Source: Hadesarchaea archaeon (GTDB lineage: Archaea; Hadarchaeota; Hadarchaeia; Hadarchaeales; Hadarchaeaceae). From it: a stretch of DNA of 46,713 nt. The first letter of the stretch is position 1. Each line of letters begins with the position of its first letter. Shown here piece by piece: positions 10,534 to 21,873 of the stretch. The stretch lies in contig JAOUPD010000001.1 in the NCBI GenBank assembly GCA_029880065.1, forward strand, positions 1 through 46,713. Direction: 5' to 3'. Position numbers and translations under genes: made by a program. The notes below the pieces were generated by a model. That model worked only from the letters and a program-made list of their open reading frames with translations. It ran no database searches and was not told the DNA's origin.

Positions 10534-11961
10534 TTGAAAGTCGTCCTCATCAATCCAAACACCGGACGAGCCGAGCGTATAGAGAACGAAGCGGCATGGC
10601 CCCCGCTTGGCTTGCTCTATCTGGGGGCGGTGCTAAAAAAATCCGAACACGAAGTCAAAGTCATCGATAACGCACGAATCCAGCTGCCGGTCGAAAAAAT
10701 CGTCGAACGGGTGAAACGGGAGAATCCGGGAGTGCTTGGAGTAAGTACTCTCACTCCAACCTTCAAGCAGGGCATAAAAATAGCGAGCGCCATCAAGGCT
10801 GAACTCCCAGATTTAAAAATAATTTTAGGAAACTATCACGCCACTTTTACCTATAAGAGACTACTAACAAAGTACCCCTTCGTTGACTACGTCGTGCTAG
10901 GCGAGGGCGAGCAAATCTTTTTGGAACTCGTCAACGCTTTGGAGAAAAACGAAGGGACAAAGAAAATAAAAGGAATAGCTTTCAGGCACGATGGTAGGGT
11001 GGTCAAAACGCCACCGAGACAATTTATCCAAAATCTCGACGAGCTCCCACTCCCTGACCGAACGCTATTGGAGCAGGAGTATCACTCCGAGGTGGTTGGG
11101 ATGCTGGGTAGTAGCGGAAAGTTCACCACCGTGTTGACATCAAGAGGCTGTCCCTACAACTGCAGATATTGCGCTTGCTCGGCCTTCTCCTTGCGAAAAG
11201 CCAGGTTCAGATCCCCAGAAGCCGTGGTAGCTGAGATGGGGCTGTTGCAGATGGAGGGTTACGAGGAAGTTGGATTCGTTGATGACAATTTGCTCTTGGA
11301 CCAACATAGGATGGAAAAAATTTGTGACCTGTTGAAGGAGAATGGAATTAAGCTCACCCTTTGGGCGGAGGGGCGGGTTGATCAAGCATCACGCGAGGTG
11401 CTGCGCAAGTTCGCGCGCGTTGGCTGCAAGACGATTTATTTCGGAGTGGAGAGTGGCAACCAGAAAGTCTTGAACTATTACGGGAAAAATATCTCGCCGG
11501 AGCTCAGCCGAAAAGCCATGCGTAACTGTAAGGATGCGGGCATCGAGAACATCATAGGCTCCTTTATCGTGGGCGCCCCAATCGAAACTAGGGAAGATGT
11601 ACAGCGAACCTTAGATTTCGCCCTAAACTTGAGAGGTATGGACTTCCCACAGATGAATGTCCTCATGCTCTCACCAGGAATGGATCTATGGGACACGGCG
11701 GTGCGTGAGGGGCACCTTGATGAAGAGAAGTATTGGGAGGATGCAGTTACCGCTATCAATGTTTTTCCGTCCCATTTGAAAGAAGAGGAACTCAGCAGGA
11801 TGATTGACCGCTTCTACTCAAAGTTCATCAAGCGGCCGACTTTCTGGATTCCGCAAATCCTGAAGACCGTGCAAAGCAAGTACCGCATGAAAATTCTTTT
11901 GGCTAACCTCAAGTCCAGAACTAGTTTTAGGGAGACTGTCCGACAACTCACCGGCGGATGA
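10534..11961 (+). CDS. B12-binding domain radical SAM protein (class B), substrate unknown
   Basis: N-terminal cobalamin-binding-like Rossmann domain (MKVVLINPN...VLGVSTLT...VVLGEGE) followed by a CPYNCRYC (CX3CX2C) cluster. TTG start with GGAAGGTGA upstream, 4 nt after the upstream stop. Confidence 0.75.
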   Translation: MKVVLINPNTGRAERIENEAAWPPLGLLYLGAVLKKSEHEVKVIDNARIQLPVEKIVERVKRENPGVLGVSTLTPTFKQGIKIASAIKAELPDLKIILGNYHATFTYKRLLTKYPFVDYVVLGEGEQIFLELVNALEKNEGTKKIKGIAFRHDGRVVKTPPRQFIQNLDELPLPDRTLLEQEYHSEVVGMLGSSGKFTTVLTSRGCPYNCRYCACSAFSLRKARFRSPEAVVAEMGLLQMEGYEEVGFVDDNLLLDQHRMEKICDLLKENGIKLTLWAEGRVDQASREVLRKFARVGCKTIYFGVESGNQKVLNYYGKNISPELSRKAMRNCKDAGIENIIGSFIVGAPIETREDVQRTLDFALNLRGMDFPQMNVLMLSPGMDLWDTAVREGHLDEEKYWEDAVTAINVFPSHLKEEELSRMIDRFYSKFIKRPTFWIPQILKTVQSKYRMKILLANLKSRTSFRETVRQLTGG

Positions 11962-12024
11962 AACAACCCGCGCAGATATAAGTCAGTTTCGCTTAATTTC
12001 TTCGAGCATATGGGAGGAAGTGGT

Positions 12025-12936
12025 ATGGCGAAAATCTTAGTTACGGATCCCATCCACGAAGATGGTCTTAAGGCGCTGCGTGAGTTCGCGGAGGTTGAGG
12101 TTGCCACTAGCCTGAAGCCGGCCGATTTGCTCGAGAAAGTTAAGGAGTACGAAGTGCTGGTGGTGCGAAGCGCGACGAAAGTAACGAAGGATGTAATCGA
12201 TGCAGGTAAACAGCTCGGGATAATCGCACGAGCAGGGGTAGGGCTTGACAACGTAGATGTCAAAGCCGCCGAAAAGCGAGGGATTAAGGTACTCAACTCT
12301 CCAGAAGCTCCAACCATCGCGGTCGCGGAACTCGTGCTCGGACACATGTTGTCATTTGCAAGGCATCTCCCGCGTGCGGACTCAAGCACTAAAGCGGGAC
12401 GATGGGAGAAGTCTCAACTCATGGGTACCGAATTAAGGGGTAAAACGCTTGGCATAGTAGGCACAGGGAAAATAGGCAGGGCGGTGGGCTACAGGGCAAA
12501 GGCATTTCTGATGGAGTTGCTCCTATATGACGTTGCCAAAAACCAGGAGTTCGCCGAGCGGACGGGAGCGAAGTACGTCGATTTAAACACGTTGTTTCAA
12601 GAATCGGATTTCGTTACCCTACACGTACCACTGATGCCTGAGGCCAAACATATGGTCGGAAAACGTGAACTCGAACTCATGAAACCGACCGCAGTGTTGA
12701 TAAACACCTCGCGTGGCGGAATCGTCGATGAAGCGGCGCTGATTGAAGCGTTGAAGGACAAAAAAATTGCGGGGGCTTGCTTGGATGTCTACGGGCAGGA
12801 GCCGCCCAGTGATAGCCCATTGCTCGAGCTGCCAAACGTCTTGCTCACGCCACACCTCGGAGCTTCAACGCGCGAGGCGCAGCGAGATGCAGCGATGATT
12901 ATAGCCCAGAAGATAAAAGATACACTTGTTCAGTAG
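12025..12936 (+). CDS. D-isomer-specific 2-hydroxyacid dehydrogenase (phosphoglycerate dehydrogenase-like, no ACT domain)
   Basis: NAD motif [13 protein letters not shown], catalytic-region motifs ([19 protein letters not shown]). ATG 12025 with GGAGG 8 nt upstream is preferred over 12010. Confidence 0.75.
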   Translation: MAKILVTDPIHEDGLKALREFAEVEVATSLKPADLLEKVKEYEVLVVRSATKVTKDVIDAGKQLGIIARAGVGLDNVDVKAAEKRGIKVLNSPEAPTIAVAELVLGHMLSFARHLPRADSSTKAGRWEKSQLMGTELRGKTLGIVGTGKIGRAVGYRAKAFLMELLLYDVAKNQEFAERTGAKYVDLNTLFQESDFVTLHVPLMPEAKHMVGKRELELMKPTAVLINTSRGGIVDEAALIEALKDKKIAGACLDVYGQEPPSDSPLLELPNVLLTPHLGASTREAQRDAAMIIAQKIKDTLVQ

Positions 12937-12946
12937 GGGTATCATA

Positions 12947-13504
12947 ATGTACAGGTATTTGAGAAATGGATCGGCAGAATTGAGCAAACTCATGCGCAGC
13001 CGAATGCGCGAGTGGCGGCGCGGACCAGCGATAGTGCGTGTCGAGCACCCAACTAGGCTAAATCGAGCTCGCGCGCTGGGATACAAGGCGAAGCAAGGCG
13101 TCATCGTCGTTCGGGCTCGGGTGCGGAAAGGCGGTAGACGCAAGGTGCGGCCACGACATGGGCGCCGACCAAAGCGCATGGGAATTCGTAAGCTCGTCCC
13201 CAAGAAGAGCATCCAGCTGATTGCAGAGGAGCGAGCGGCCCGGAAGTACCCTAATTTAGAGGTTCTGAACTCCTACCCGCTCGGCCCCGACGGCACCCAC
13301 GAGTATTTTGAGGTTATCATGCTCGACCCGAACCACCCTGCGATCCTGAGCGATTCTCAACTCAGATGGGTGGCCGAGAAAGCGCATCGTGGGCGAGTTT
13401 ACAGGGGTTTGACGAGAGCCGGGCGAAAGGCGCGTGGGCTGCTCCGCAAGGGCAAGGGTGCAGAGAAAGTCAGGCCGAGCGTTCGGGCCCGCCGGCGTGG
13501 CTGA
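12947..13504 (+). CDS. rpl15e: 50S ribosomal protein L15e
   Basis: MYRYLRNG...[32 protein letters not shown] is a classic eL15 N-terminus. ATG at 12947 follows the upstream stop. Confidence 0.9.
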   Translation: MYRYLRNGSAELSKLMRSRMREWRRGPAIVRVEHPTRLNRARALGYKAKQGVIVVRARVRKGGRRKVRPRHGRRPKRMGIRKLVPKKSIQLIAEERAARKYPNLEVLNSYPLGPDGTHEYFEVIMLDPNHPAILSDSQLRWVAEKAHRGRVYRGLTRAGRKARGLLRKGKGAEKVRPSVRARRRG

Positions 13505-13509
13505 AGTGA

Positions 13510-13953
13510 TTGGGAATGGGATTTCCGCTCAGGAGCGCGGTTGTTAGCACATTCGCGCATGCCACCGAGGCCGAAGAACGAGTTTTAGATGCCCTTAGGA
13601 TTTTGTTGCCCGAAGAGATTGAAATCCGCCGATTGAGGCTTAAAGGCCACCATGGCAACCCCATCGTGAGCCTCGAGGCGCGGATTGAGCGCAAGGAGAC
13701 TCGAGAGCTCTGGCAAAGAATCCTAAACAAGCTACGCAGAGGAGAGTTCGAAAAAATTGCTATGGTCGCACCGGGCAGAATCGATAAGACATGCCATCTA
13801 CACCTAAGGTTCGATAAACAGCTGGCCTATGCAGGGGGGCTCGCGCTGACCGAGGGTGGCGATGTTATCCACCTCAGACTGAAAGTTGCGGCTTACCCTG
13901 CCAAACGAAAAGTCGCGGTTGACTTAGTCAAGAAATTTTTGCAGACAAAATAA
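13510..13953 (+). CDS. Predicted RNA-binding protein (COG1931 / PF01877-like), commonly adjacent to rpl15e
   Basis: The pattern VSTFAHATEAEERVLDALRILLP...GHHGNPIVSLEARI matches my recollection of this archaeal family, and the gene holds the conserved position after L15e. Start is TTG 13510 or ATG 13516. Confidence 0.45.
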   Translation: MGMGFPLRSAVVSTFAHATEAEERVLDALRILLPEEIEIRRLRLKGHHGNPIVSLEARIERKETRELWQRILNKLRRGEFEKIAMVAPGRIDKTCHLHLRFDKQLAYAGGLALTEGGDVIHLRLKVAAYPAKRKVAVDLVKKFLQTK

Positions 13954-14035
13954 CTCACAAATTTTTAAAAACGAATCTATCCAAGGTAATATGTAGGCAA
14001 AAGAGATGCCTGTACTTAGATTGCAAACACGTTGA

Positions 14036-15073
<1,038 letters not shown>

Positions 15074-15119
15074 CTACCGCTAAACCAAGCAAAAAATGCC
15101 AAAGTCCAGAGTAATGAAT

Positions 15120-15338
15120 TCACTCTGTAACGACTTCAGCTGTCGCAAATCTTTGTCGCACTGCAGTTATGCGAACCTTTACCTCATCACCGGGATTCGT
15201 GCCGGGTACGAAGACCACGAAGCCTTGAATGCGGGCGATTCCATCTCCGCTTTTGCCCTTCGACTCAATCTTCACGTCTTGAATGTCGCCAACGTTCACC
15301 GGAGCAGGTGGTCCTCCTCGCTCTCTAGGTCTGTACAC
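15120..15338 (-). CDS. TRAM domain protein
   Basis: The C-terminal 60 aa ([56 protein letters not shown]) form a TRAM/OB fold pattern. Proposed GTG start at 15338 with AAGGAG 8 nt upstream. The track ORF to 15467 overlaps the neighbouring gene. Confidence 0.6.
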   Translation of the reverse strand: MYRPRERGGPPAPVNVGDIQDVKIESKGKSGDGIARIQGFVVFVPGTNPGDEVKVRITAVRQRFATAEVVTE

Positions 15339-15423
15339 TCTTTTCAACTCCTTTTTTATTGAAGGAAATATCAGCAACCGTGCTTTTAAAGGTTTACTTA
15401 TTATTGAATTTTTCACCGATTTA

Positions 15424-16242
15424 TTATGGCTTAACAACTCTAACCGTAGCCAAGAGAAGGATGACACCTAACAAAGCTTTCAAAAACACCTCGCTCGCGC
15501 CAACAATCATGGCCGCGCCCACATAAGCGCCGATGATGGATGGCACCCCCATCGCAATGCAGGTATAAACAACGTATCGACTCACGTGCCCCATTCGCTT
15601 GTGCTTAAACGCCCCGGTGCCGACCGCGGATATGGAAACCGCTAGGCTCACGGTCCCCGCGCTCTTGATGCCCAAACCGAAAAGATAAATCAGCGGTGGA
15701 ATCCGGAGCTCGCCTCCAGCGACACCTAGTGACCCGCATGCAACCCCGATCAACAGGCCAAGTACCGCACCAAAAATCAACATATCTAGAGGATAACCAA
15801 CGACTGGACCGCCCGCGGGCTCAAGCACGAATGCACCATGAATCATTTTCACCCCGAGCACAAGGAGGAGGATACCAACCGCGTATTTTAAGTATTTTTC
15901 ATTTACCTTGCCCGTGAGCGCTGCTCCTGCATAGGCCCCAAAAACCGATCCGATGCTCATGGAAACGATCAAGCCTATGGTCCCCGACTCAAACACCCCC
16001 ATCATCAAACGCTTCGCGAGCCCAACCGTGACAGTCAGGATTCCTACCAGCAGATTTGCCGCTGCGGCGATTGCTACTGGAAAACCGAGAAAGCAAATCA
16101 ACACCGGAAGCCTGAATTCCCCACCGCCGACCCCGAGTAAACCAGCGGCCAAACCGGTGAGAAGACCAAAGAAAGACGCAATGAAAAGCTTAATGAGGAT
16201 CGGAGCAGGCGTGGTTACCATAGTGTTTCTTTTCGCCGACAT
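15424..16242 (-). CDS. TauE/SafE (DUF81) family anion exporter membrane protein
   Basis: 272 aa, about 8 TM helices, internal duplication with [12 protein letters not shown] / [12 protein letters not shown] motifs typical of TauE/SafE. Confidence 0.75.
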   Translation of the reverse strand: MSAKRNTMVTTPAPILIKLFIASFFGLLTGLAAGLLGVGGGEFRLPVLICFLGFPVAIAAAANLLVGILTVTVGLAKRLMMGVFESGTIGLIVSMSIGSVFGAYAGAALTGKVNEKYLKYAVGILLLVLGVKMIHGAFVLEPAGGPVVGYPLDMLIFGAVLGLLIGVACGSLGVAGGELRIPPLIYLFGLGIKSAGTVSLAVSISAVGTGAFKHKRMGHVSRYVVYTCIAMGVPSIIGAYVGAAMIVGASEVFLKALLGVILLLATVRVVKP

Positions 16243-16391
16243 TTCTTCTCACCCGGACAGAATCCATAAAACACGATAGGTTAAAAATTTTACAAAATTA
16301 AACAAAGAAACTTAACACGGAAAAGGAATTTGGCTTTCATCACCCCCGTTGGCATTTTAAGCAGAAACATCAAACAATCAATGGCGAGCCA

Positions 16392-17696
16392 ATGTTTCTC
16401 AAGCGAATTTTCGGCAAGAAAAAAGCTCCTGAACCAATCCATCCAGAGAAGCTCTCCATCGATTCCTTAGGCGAGCGAGTAGACAAACTCAAGCAGGAAA
16501 AGCTCTCGGAGGCCCAATCCAAATTAAATGTCATGCTCGACAGACTATCCGAAGAGCGGGAAGCACTTTTAAAGGAATTGAAAACCTTTTCCGAGGCCGA
16601 ACCCACCGAAGAAGTTTATCCTGGGTTGCGCAAGACGGCGCTCGAGGCCCGAAGGCTCCTCACTGACAAGCTAACCCGCGCGGTCACTGATATCGAGCGG
16701 CGGGGGGAATTCTCGACCAACAACCTCGCGACACTAAGTGGCAAGTTGACGAAAATGGTGAACCTTACAACTGACGCACTCGCCACCCACAGCCGCTATG
16801 TCCAAGCATTATTCGGGTCTCACTTTAACGCGATTGAGTTACGCCTGCGACGGTTGCACGGGTTGGTCAGGGAGGTCAATGTTATAATCGAAGGAACCCT
16901 CCGAGAAATGCGCTCGCTAGACTCAATCTCCTCGAAAATCTCATCGCGAAAGGAGATCCTGAACCGAATTGAGGATATGCGGACTAATGCAAAATCATTG
17001 GAAAGTCAGGTTGTGGTTCTTGAGAAGTTGATTGAGAACGAGAACAATCAACTGGCGCGGCTCATCAACAGTGAGGAATTCAAGGGCTTGGACGCATCTA
17101 GGCGCGAGCTCGAACGAATTGAACGAGAGATAGCCCACGTGAAGGGCGCCGTATCGAGCGCGATTTCGGGGCTTAGCAGACCCCTCAGGAAAATGGAAAA
17201 GCTTGTGACAGCTGGCGAGTACCAAATGGACCGAGAGATGATAAAAGTCCTTGAACTTTGCATCGAAAATCCACTCGATGTACTTTCATCGGACGAAAAA
17301 ATCGCATCTACCAATGCACTGTTGCAAAAAATGATCGAACTTCTTGAGGAGGGAAAAATAAGTATGAGCGACCGTGAACGGAGTAAGCGAATTAAACTAG
17401 CTCGGGAACTTCTGGAGGAAAAAAAGCTCCTGAAACTCAAAGAGCGACTTACCCACCTCCAAGCCAATATAGAAGCCCAAAAACGCGCTCGTGAACAAAC
17501 ATCGCTTTTAAAACAAAAGGCGGAACTCGAAGAATCAATCGAAAAATATCGGACGGACCTAAAACGCGCACGAGCGACAATCGAGGAACTCCATCGTGAA
17601 TCGCAGAAGGCCGAGAAGGATATCGATAAAAATTTGGGCGAGACAGAAAAACTTGCAACTGAGGTTATCGGCGCAACGGTCGAACTCACTTCTTAA
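16392..17696 (+). CDS. Long coiled-coil protein with N-terminal amphipathic basic peptide (unknown function)
   Basis: 434 aa. The N-terminus [11 protein letters not shown] is followed by about 400 aa rich in E/K/L/R heptad-like sequence. I recognise no enzymatic motif. Confidence 0.6.
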   Translation: MFLKRIFGKKKAPEPIHPEKLSIDSLGERVDKLKQEKLSEAQSKLNVMLDRLSEEREALLKELKTFSEAEPTEEVYPGLRKTALEARRLLTDKLTRAVTDIERRGEFSTNNLATLSGKLTKMVNLTTDALATHSRYVQALFGSHFNAIELRLRRLHGLVREVNVIIEGTLREMRSLDSISSKISSRKEILNRIEDMRTNAKSLESQVVVLEKLIENENNQLARLINSEEFKGLDASRRELERIEREIAHVKGAVSSAISGLSRPLRKMEKLVTAGEYQMDREMIKVLELCIENPLDVLSSDEKIASTNALLQKMIELLEEGKISMSDRERSKRIKLARELLEEKKLLKLKERLTHLQANIEAQKRAREQTSLLKQKAELEESIEKYRTDLKRARATIEELHRESQKAEKDIDKNLGETEKLATEVIGATVELTS

Positions 17697-17853
17697 AATC
17701 TGTATACCCGCACTTCCCGCACGCTAAGCGGTTTCCGTGGTCAGCCATGAAGACCCCCGGACCACAGCGCGGGCAAGTCAGGCGCAGACGCTCCAGCTTT
17801 TCACCCTCGAGCTTGTAGAATTTTGCCTTTGCGGCCTTAACCTTCTTTGCCAC
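17686..17853 (-). CDS. rps27ae: 30S ribosomal protein S27ae (eS31)
   Basis: Absent from the track (55 aa). GTG start at 17853 with GAAGGAGG about 10 nt upstream. Translation [55 protein letters not shown] has the CPxCG...CGKCGYT zinc ribbon. Holds the canonical position after rps24e. Confidence 0.85.
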   Translation of the reverse strand: MAKKVKAAKAKFYKLEGEKLERLRLTCPRCGPGVFMADHGNRLACGKCGYTDFKK

Positions 17854-18295
17854 CTTTGTCTGCCTCCTTCGATGGTTTTTCCTTAGCCTCGACTTTTTCT
17901 TCTTCCGGCTTCTCTTTCGGCTTTTCCACTTTCTCTTCCTTCGGCTTCTCGGGTTTTGCCGTCATTTCCTTTTTGGGTTTCTCGACTTTCTCGGGGGGTT
18001 TCTCAGGCTTAGCTTCCTTTGGCATGCCCCGCTGAAGCAAAAATTTTGGCTCGAGCCCTTCGAGTTGTTCGCGGGAGCTGTAGGCGCGAGCGATCCCAGA
18101 GGCCATCTGGCGACCGTGGGTGCTCGCCAGCTTCTCGATAACGATGAGTTCCGCCGCGACGCCCAACTGGCTCGCGAGCTGGGCACGCACGTCCAAACGC
18201 TTTGGGGTTGGCTCCCCCGCGTGATCAGCTTTAAATTTTACTTCGGTGCGCTTGAAGAGCTGGTTCTCCGTCTTCTCGATTATCTCGACCTTCAT
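17837..18295 (-). CDS. rps24e: 30S ribosomal protein S24e with about 60-aa K/E/P-rich C-terminal extension
   Basis: [21 protein letters not shown]... is the eS24 core (about 90 aa). It is followed by [19 protein letters not shown]...[32 protein letters not shown] 18295 is preferred over 18310. Confidence 0.85.
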   Translation of the reverse strand: MKVEIIEKTENQLFKRTEVKFKADHAGEPTPKRLDVRAQLASQLGVAAELIVIEKLASTHGRQMASGIARAYSSREQLEGLEPKFLLQRGMPKEAKPEKPPEKVEKPKKEMTAKPEKPKEEKVEKPKEKPEEEKVEAKEKPSKEADKGGKEG

Positions 18296-18389
18296 ATTGA
18301 CCCCTTTCATCTCTAGCGAAGCCCAATTAAACCTTAGCCCCCGTTAATCGGTCTCCACTTTTTGAGATTATGTAATAATTGTTTAAAAA

Positions 18390-18896
18390 TTACCCACCAG
18401 TTTTGAATTGCTCTAGCAGCATTTTGAATTCGCGACGCTTGGGCTCGGTGACTTCGACGATTACAATCCCCTCGTCTGGCTGCCCATAAACGACAACCGA
18501 CCCTGGTGGGGCGGAGAGCACGGCTGGTAGGGTGGCGAGGTCTTCCTCCCCATCGACGATAATCTTTAGGGGGGGCTTTGCCTCATCGAGGGCTGTGCGC
18601 AATTCTTGAGTTATCGTCCCCGCGGGGTTTTTTACACGAACTATTTTTACATCGAACGAATCGATCGTTCGCCTTATTTTTTTATCAACCGGAGACCGCA
18701 TCACGAGGAAATCGACCACGGCCACATCCAGCATCAGGCCAGCTTCGATCAAATCCGCGGTAACGATATCACCGACTGCGATCAGCCTAGTCGGGCGAAG
18801 CTGCCGCAGGCGTTCAATCGCGGTTGTAACGCTAGAGAAAAGTTGACCAAGTGGACGCTTCAAAAGTGGCCGTACTTCATCGGGTAGCTCTAACAC
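18390..18896 (-). CDS. DUF359 protein (archaeal GTP-dependent dephospho-CoA kinase family)
   Basis: 168 aa. The pattern LKRPLG.L......LRPTRLIAVGDIVT...VAVVDF...R...NPAGTIT...IIVDGEEDLATLPAVL is DUF359/COG1909-like. Holds the conserved position between spt4 and rps24e. GTG start. Confidence 0.65.
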   Translation of the reverse strand: MLELPDEVRPLLKRPLGQLFSSVTTAIERLRQLRPTRLIAVGDIVTADLIEAGLMLDVAVVDFLVMRSPVDKKIRRTIDSFDVKIVRVKNPAGTITQELRTALDEAKPPLKIIVDGEEDLATLPAVLSAPPGSVVVYGQPDEGIVIVEVTEPKRREFKMLLEQFKTGG

Positions 18897-18897
18897 C

Positions 18898-19083
18898 TTA
18901 CCGAACCCTCAGCGCATACTTCCCAGGCTGGGTGATTCTCAATCGCTTGGCGATCTCGGAGTTCTCTGGATCGAGCACGACGATGTATCCCGACCAGTCT
19001 TCCGAGAGCGATGCCCCCTTGCAAACCGGGCAGGTATTCCCCCCGGTGATGAAGTTACAATTGCGGCAAGCCTTTTCGGTCAA
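18898..19083 (-). CDS. spt4: Transcription elongation factor Spt4 (RpoE'')
   Basis: 61 aa with a CRNC...CPVC zinc ribbon, then SEDWSGYIVVLDPENSEIAKRL. TTG start overlaps the rpoE' TGA stop (TTGA). Confidence 0.85.
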   Translation of the reverse strand: MTEKACRNCNFITGGNTCPVCKGASLSEDWSGYIVVLDPENSEIAKRLRITQPGKYALRVR

Positions 19084-19637
19084 GCCTTTGCCTCCTTGCG
19101 GGCATCCTCATCGATCCATTCGAGCTTGCCGAGTCCAAACTGGCGCATCGTCAGCCCTATCTTTCCACCACGGGGGGCCCGTCGCGTGCTCACCGTGACC
19201 ACGCGCGCGCGAACCTTGTCCCCCTCCTTCAGCGCCCGTTTTGACTCCTTGCCGTAGAGTGCCCCCTTCTTCTTGTCATAACCCACGAAGTCGTCCATCA
19301 CCTGTGAGACGTGCACCAAACCATCGATAGGCCCCAGACGCACGAACCCACCAAACTCGACAATCTCAACCACCTCACCCAACACCACCTCGTTGACCTC
19401 CGGCTTGTAAATGAGCGCTTCAAAGGTGACATCGTGGTAGCTGGCCCCGTCGCCCATGATTATGCGGCCCGTTTCGACCTTCTTGAGCTCGGTGATTGCG
19501 AGGATTGTGCCAACGTCTTTGTCGGTTAGCCCCTCGTAGCTTTTGCGCAGGACGTCAACAATCACTTCTTCGAGGGGCTCGCCAAGCCTGCTGGGGGGCA
19601 CCCGCACGGTATCACGCACAGTCAATATCTTGTACAT
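19080..19637 (-). CDS. rpoE: DNA-directed RNA polymerase subunit E' / Rpo7
   Basis: MYKILTVRDTVRVPP N-terminal domain plus a C-terminal S1 domain (GEVVEIVEFGGFVRLGPIDGLVHVSQ). Confidence 0.9.
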   Translation of the reverse strand: MYKILTVRDTVRVPPSRLGEPLEEVIVDVLRKSYEGLTDKDVGTILAITELKKVETGRIIMGDGASYHDVTFEALIYKPEVNEVVLGEVVEIVEFGGFVRLGPIDGLVHVSQVMDDFVGYDKKKGALYGKESKRALKEGDKVRARVVTVSTRRAPRGGKIGLTMRQFGLGKLEWIDEDARKEAKA

Positions 19638-19820
19638 TTACTCCACCTCAAATTTTTTCATGTAAAGCTTCATGGCGTGGACAATCCCTCGCGTCGCTGG
19701 GCTCGCCCTCGCCACTCGAGCACCTTAGTTTCCTTTCCCTTTAACTTTTTGCCCTTTTTCGCGAGGAACCCGGCACCTGCGGAGCCTTCAAGTTTGACGT
19801 TTTTCCAAAAATTGAACACA

Positions 19821-21851
19821 TCATGCACCCCAAATCTTCAACAGCAGCGGGACGAATAGCAGGGCTACCATGGCCATGAGCTTAATCAGAATGTTAAGCG
19901 AGGGGCCCGAGGTGTCTTTGAACGGGTCTCCAACTGTATCGCCTATCACCGAAGCCGCGTGGGTTTCACTTCCTTTTCCGCCCAGATGCCCATCCTCGAT
20001 GTACTTCTTCGCGTTGTCCCAAGCCCCGCCGGAGTTCGCGAGGGTAATCGCGAGCAGCAGACCCGTGACTATCGACCCCGCAAGCAGACCTCCCAGCGCC
20101 TCAGGACTAAAAAGGCCCACCGCGATTGGGGTAAGGATGGCCAGCGCGGCCGGGAGCGCCATGTTTCGAAGAGCAGCAGAGGTGCTGATTTCGATACACC
20201 GGTTGTAGTCCGGCTTTGCCTTTCCTTTCATTAGCCCAGGGATAGTTCGAAACTGTCTCCGCACCTCGCTCACAATTAGGGAGGCCCCCCTACCTACTGC
20301 CCGCATGGTGAGCGCGCAGAACAAGAACGGTAACATTCCTCCTATGAACAGCCCGACAATGACTGATGGATTAGTTATGCTGAGATTCATAGTTATTCCC
20401 GCGTCAGCCATTCCCTTGGTATAAGCTGAAAAAAGCGCAAGTGCCGTCAGCGCTGCCGAACCGATTGCGAAGCCCTTGCCGATTGCAGCAGTCGTGTTTC
20501 CAACAGCATCCAATCGCTCGGCGCGCTTGCGTACCGTTTGTCCCATCCCAGCCATCTCAGCAATTCCCGCCGCATTGTCTGCAACTGGGCCGTATGTATC
20601 CGTGGCAAGAGTCATGCCCAATGTGCTAAGCATGCCCACCGCGGCAATCGCAATTCCGTATAACCCATTTGGTAAGGTGATGTAGTAAGCAAATGAAATT
20701 GCGCCAACAACTGCGATAATCGGAATCATGGTGCTGAGCATTCCAACTGAAAGGCCACTGATGACATTCGTCGCGGGGCCAGTCTGGGATGATATCGCAA
20801 TTGACTGCACTGGTGAAAATCGATTCTCAGTGTAGTACTCCGCCGAAAGCCCAATCATGATTCCAGCCACCAACCCGGAAAGCATCGCCCAAAATATCTC
20901 CACTGCACCAACGAAATACCATATCAGAAAGAACGATGCCACGGCTATCAAGATGGCGCTTCCAAACACCCCCTTGTTGAGCGCGGCGTGGAGTGTTTTT
21001 AATCCAGCACCCCTCTTCGTCCGCACGAAAAATGTCGCCACGATTGAGCAGAAAATCCCGACTGCGGCGAGCAGCATGGGGAGCACCACGGCATCCGTCT
21101 GGTTGAGCATGACGCCACCCACGGTGACTCCTGTGAAACCTATCACCATGGCCGCGATGATTGAGCCCACGTATGATTCAAACAGGTCCGCCCCCATCCC
21201 AGCGACATCTCCAACGTTGTCGCCCACGTTGTCCGCGATCACCGCCGGATTTCGTGGGTCATCCTCGGGGATTCGGGCCTCAACCTTTCCGACTAAATCT
21301 GCTCCCATGTCCGCCGATTTCGTGTAGACGCCCCCGCCAACGCGTGCGAACAGCGCTATCGAACTCGCCCCGAAGCCGAAGCCAACGATTATCCTGGGAT
21401 CTCCGAATAGGTAGTAAAAAATGCTCACGCCCAAGATCCCCAGACCCACTACACACATCCCCATCACCGCACCGCTAGAGAACCCAACTATGAGTCCTTT
21501 ACTAATACTCTGCTTCGCTGCCGCTGCCGTCCGGGCGTTCGACTTAGTCGCCACGCGCATCCCGACGTTACCGGCCAGCGCTGAGAAAAATGCCCCGGTC
21601 ACGAACGCTGCTGCAGTCTGGTGGTTCACGACCAGCATCAAGATCACCGCCACGATAACCGCGTAGACGACCATCACCTGATACTCCTTGTTCAGAAAAG
21701 TCATCGCTCCCCGGTAGATGGTGCTGGAGAGTTCCCGCATTCGCTCGGTTCCGACGGGCTGCCGCATGATCCTGAAAGTTAAGTAGCCCGCGAACGCGAG
21801 GGCCAAGGCACCCGCTATCGGCGCCAACATCACTGGTTCAAATCCAACCAT
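19821..21851 (-). CDS. hppA: Membrane-bound H+/Na+-translocating pyrophosphatase
   Basis: 676 aa, about 16 TM helices. Signature motifs [57 protein letters not shown]. Confidence 0.95.
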   Translation of the reverse strand: MVGFEPVMLAPIAGALALAFAGYLTFRIMRQPVGTERMRELSSTIYRGAMTFLNKEYQVMVVYAVIVAVILMLVVNHQTAAAFVTGAFFSALAGNVGMRVATKSNARTAAAAKQSISKGLIVGFSSGAVMGMCVVGLGILGVSIFYYLFGDPRIIVGFGFGASSIALFARVGGGVYTKSADMGADLVGKVEARIPEDDPRNPAVIADNVGDNVGDVAGMGADLFESYVGSIIAAMVIGFTGVTVGGVMLNQTDAVVLPMLLAAVGIFCSIVATFFVRTKRGAGLKTLHAALNKGVFGSAILIAVASFFLIWYFVGAVEIFWAMLSGLVAGIMIGLSAEYYTENRFSPVQSIAISSQTGPATNVISGLSVGMLSTMIPIIAVVGAISFAYYITLPNGLYGIAIAAVGMLSTLGMTLATDTYGPVADNAAGIAEMAGMGQTVRKRAERLDAVGNTTAAIGKGFAIGSAALTALALFSAYTKGMADAGITMNLSITNPSVIVGLFIGGMLPFLFCALTMRAVGRGASLIVSEVRRQFRTIPGLMKGKAKPDYNRCIEISTSAALRNMALPAALAILTPIAVGLFSPEALGGLLAGSIVTGLLLAITLANSGGAWDNAKKYIEDGHLGGKGSETHAASVIGDTVGDPFKDTSGPSLNILIKLMAMVALLFVPLLLKIWGA

Positions 21852-21873
21852 GCTTACGACCTCTCGAGGAACT

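Noticed and set aside
16330-16350. GUGAUGA (box C-like) on the minus strand in the tauE upstream spacer, considered as a possible C/D box sRNA.
   Set aside because: No CUGA (box D/D') or second C' box occurs within the following 60-80 nt, so the C/D sRNA architecture is absent.
17048-17689. 213-aa Ser-rich minus-strand ORF (and 16995..17225, 17449..17658) opposite the coiled-coil gene.
   Set aside because: This is an antisense shadow of a Glu/Lys/Leu-rich coiled-coil gene. Its low-complexity S/F/R composition is typical of the reverse frame, and it has no start context.
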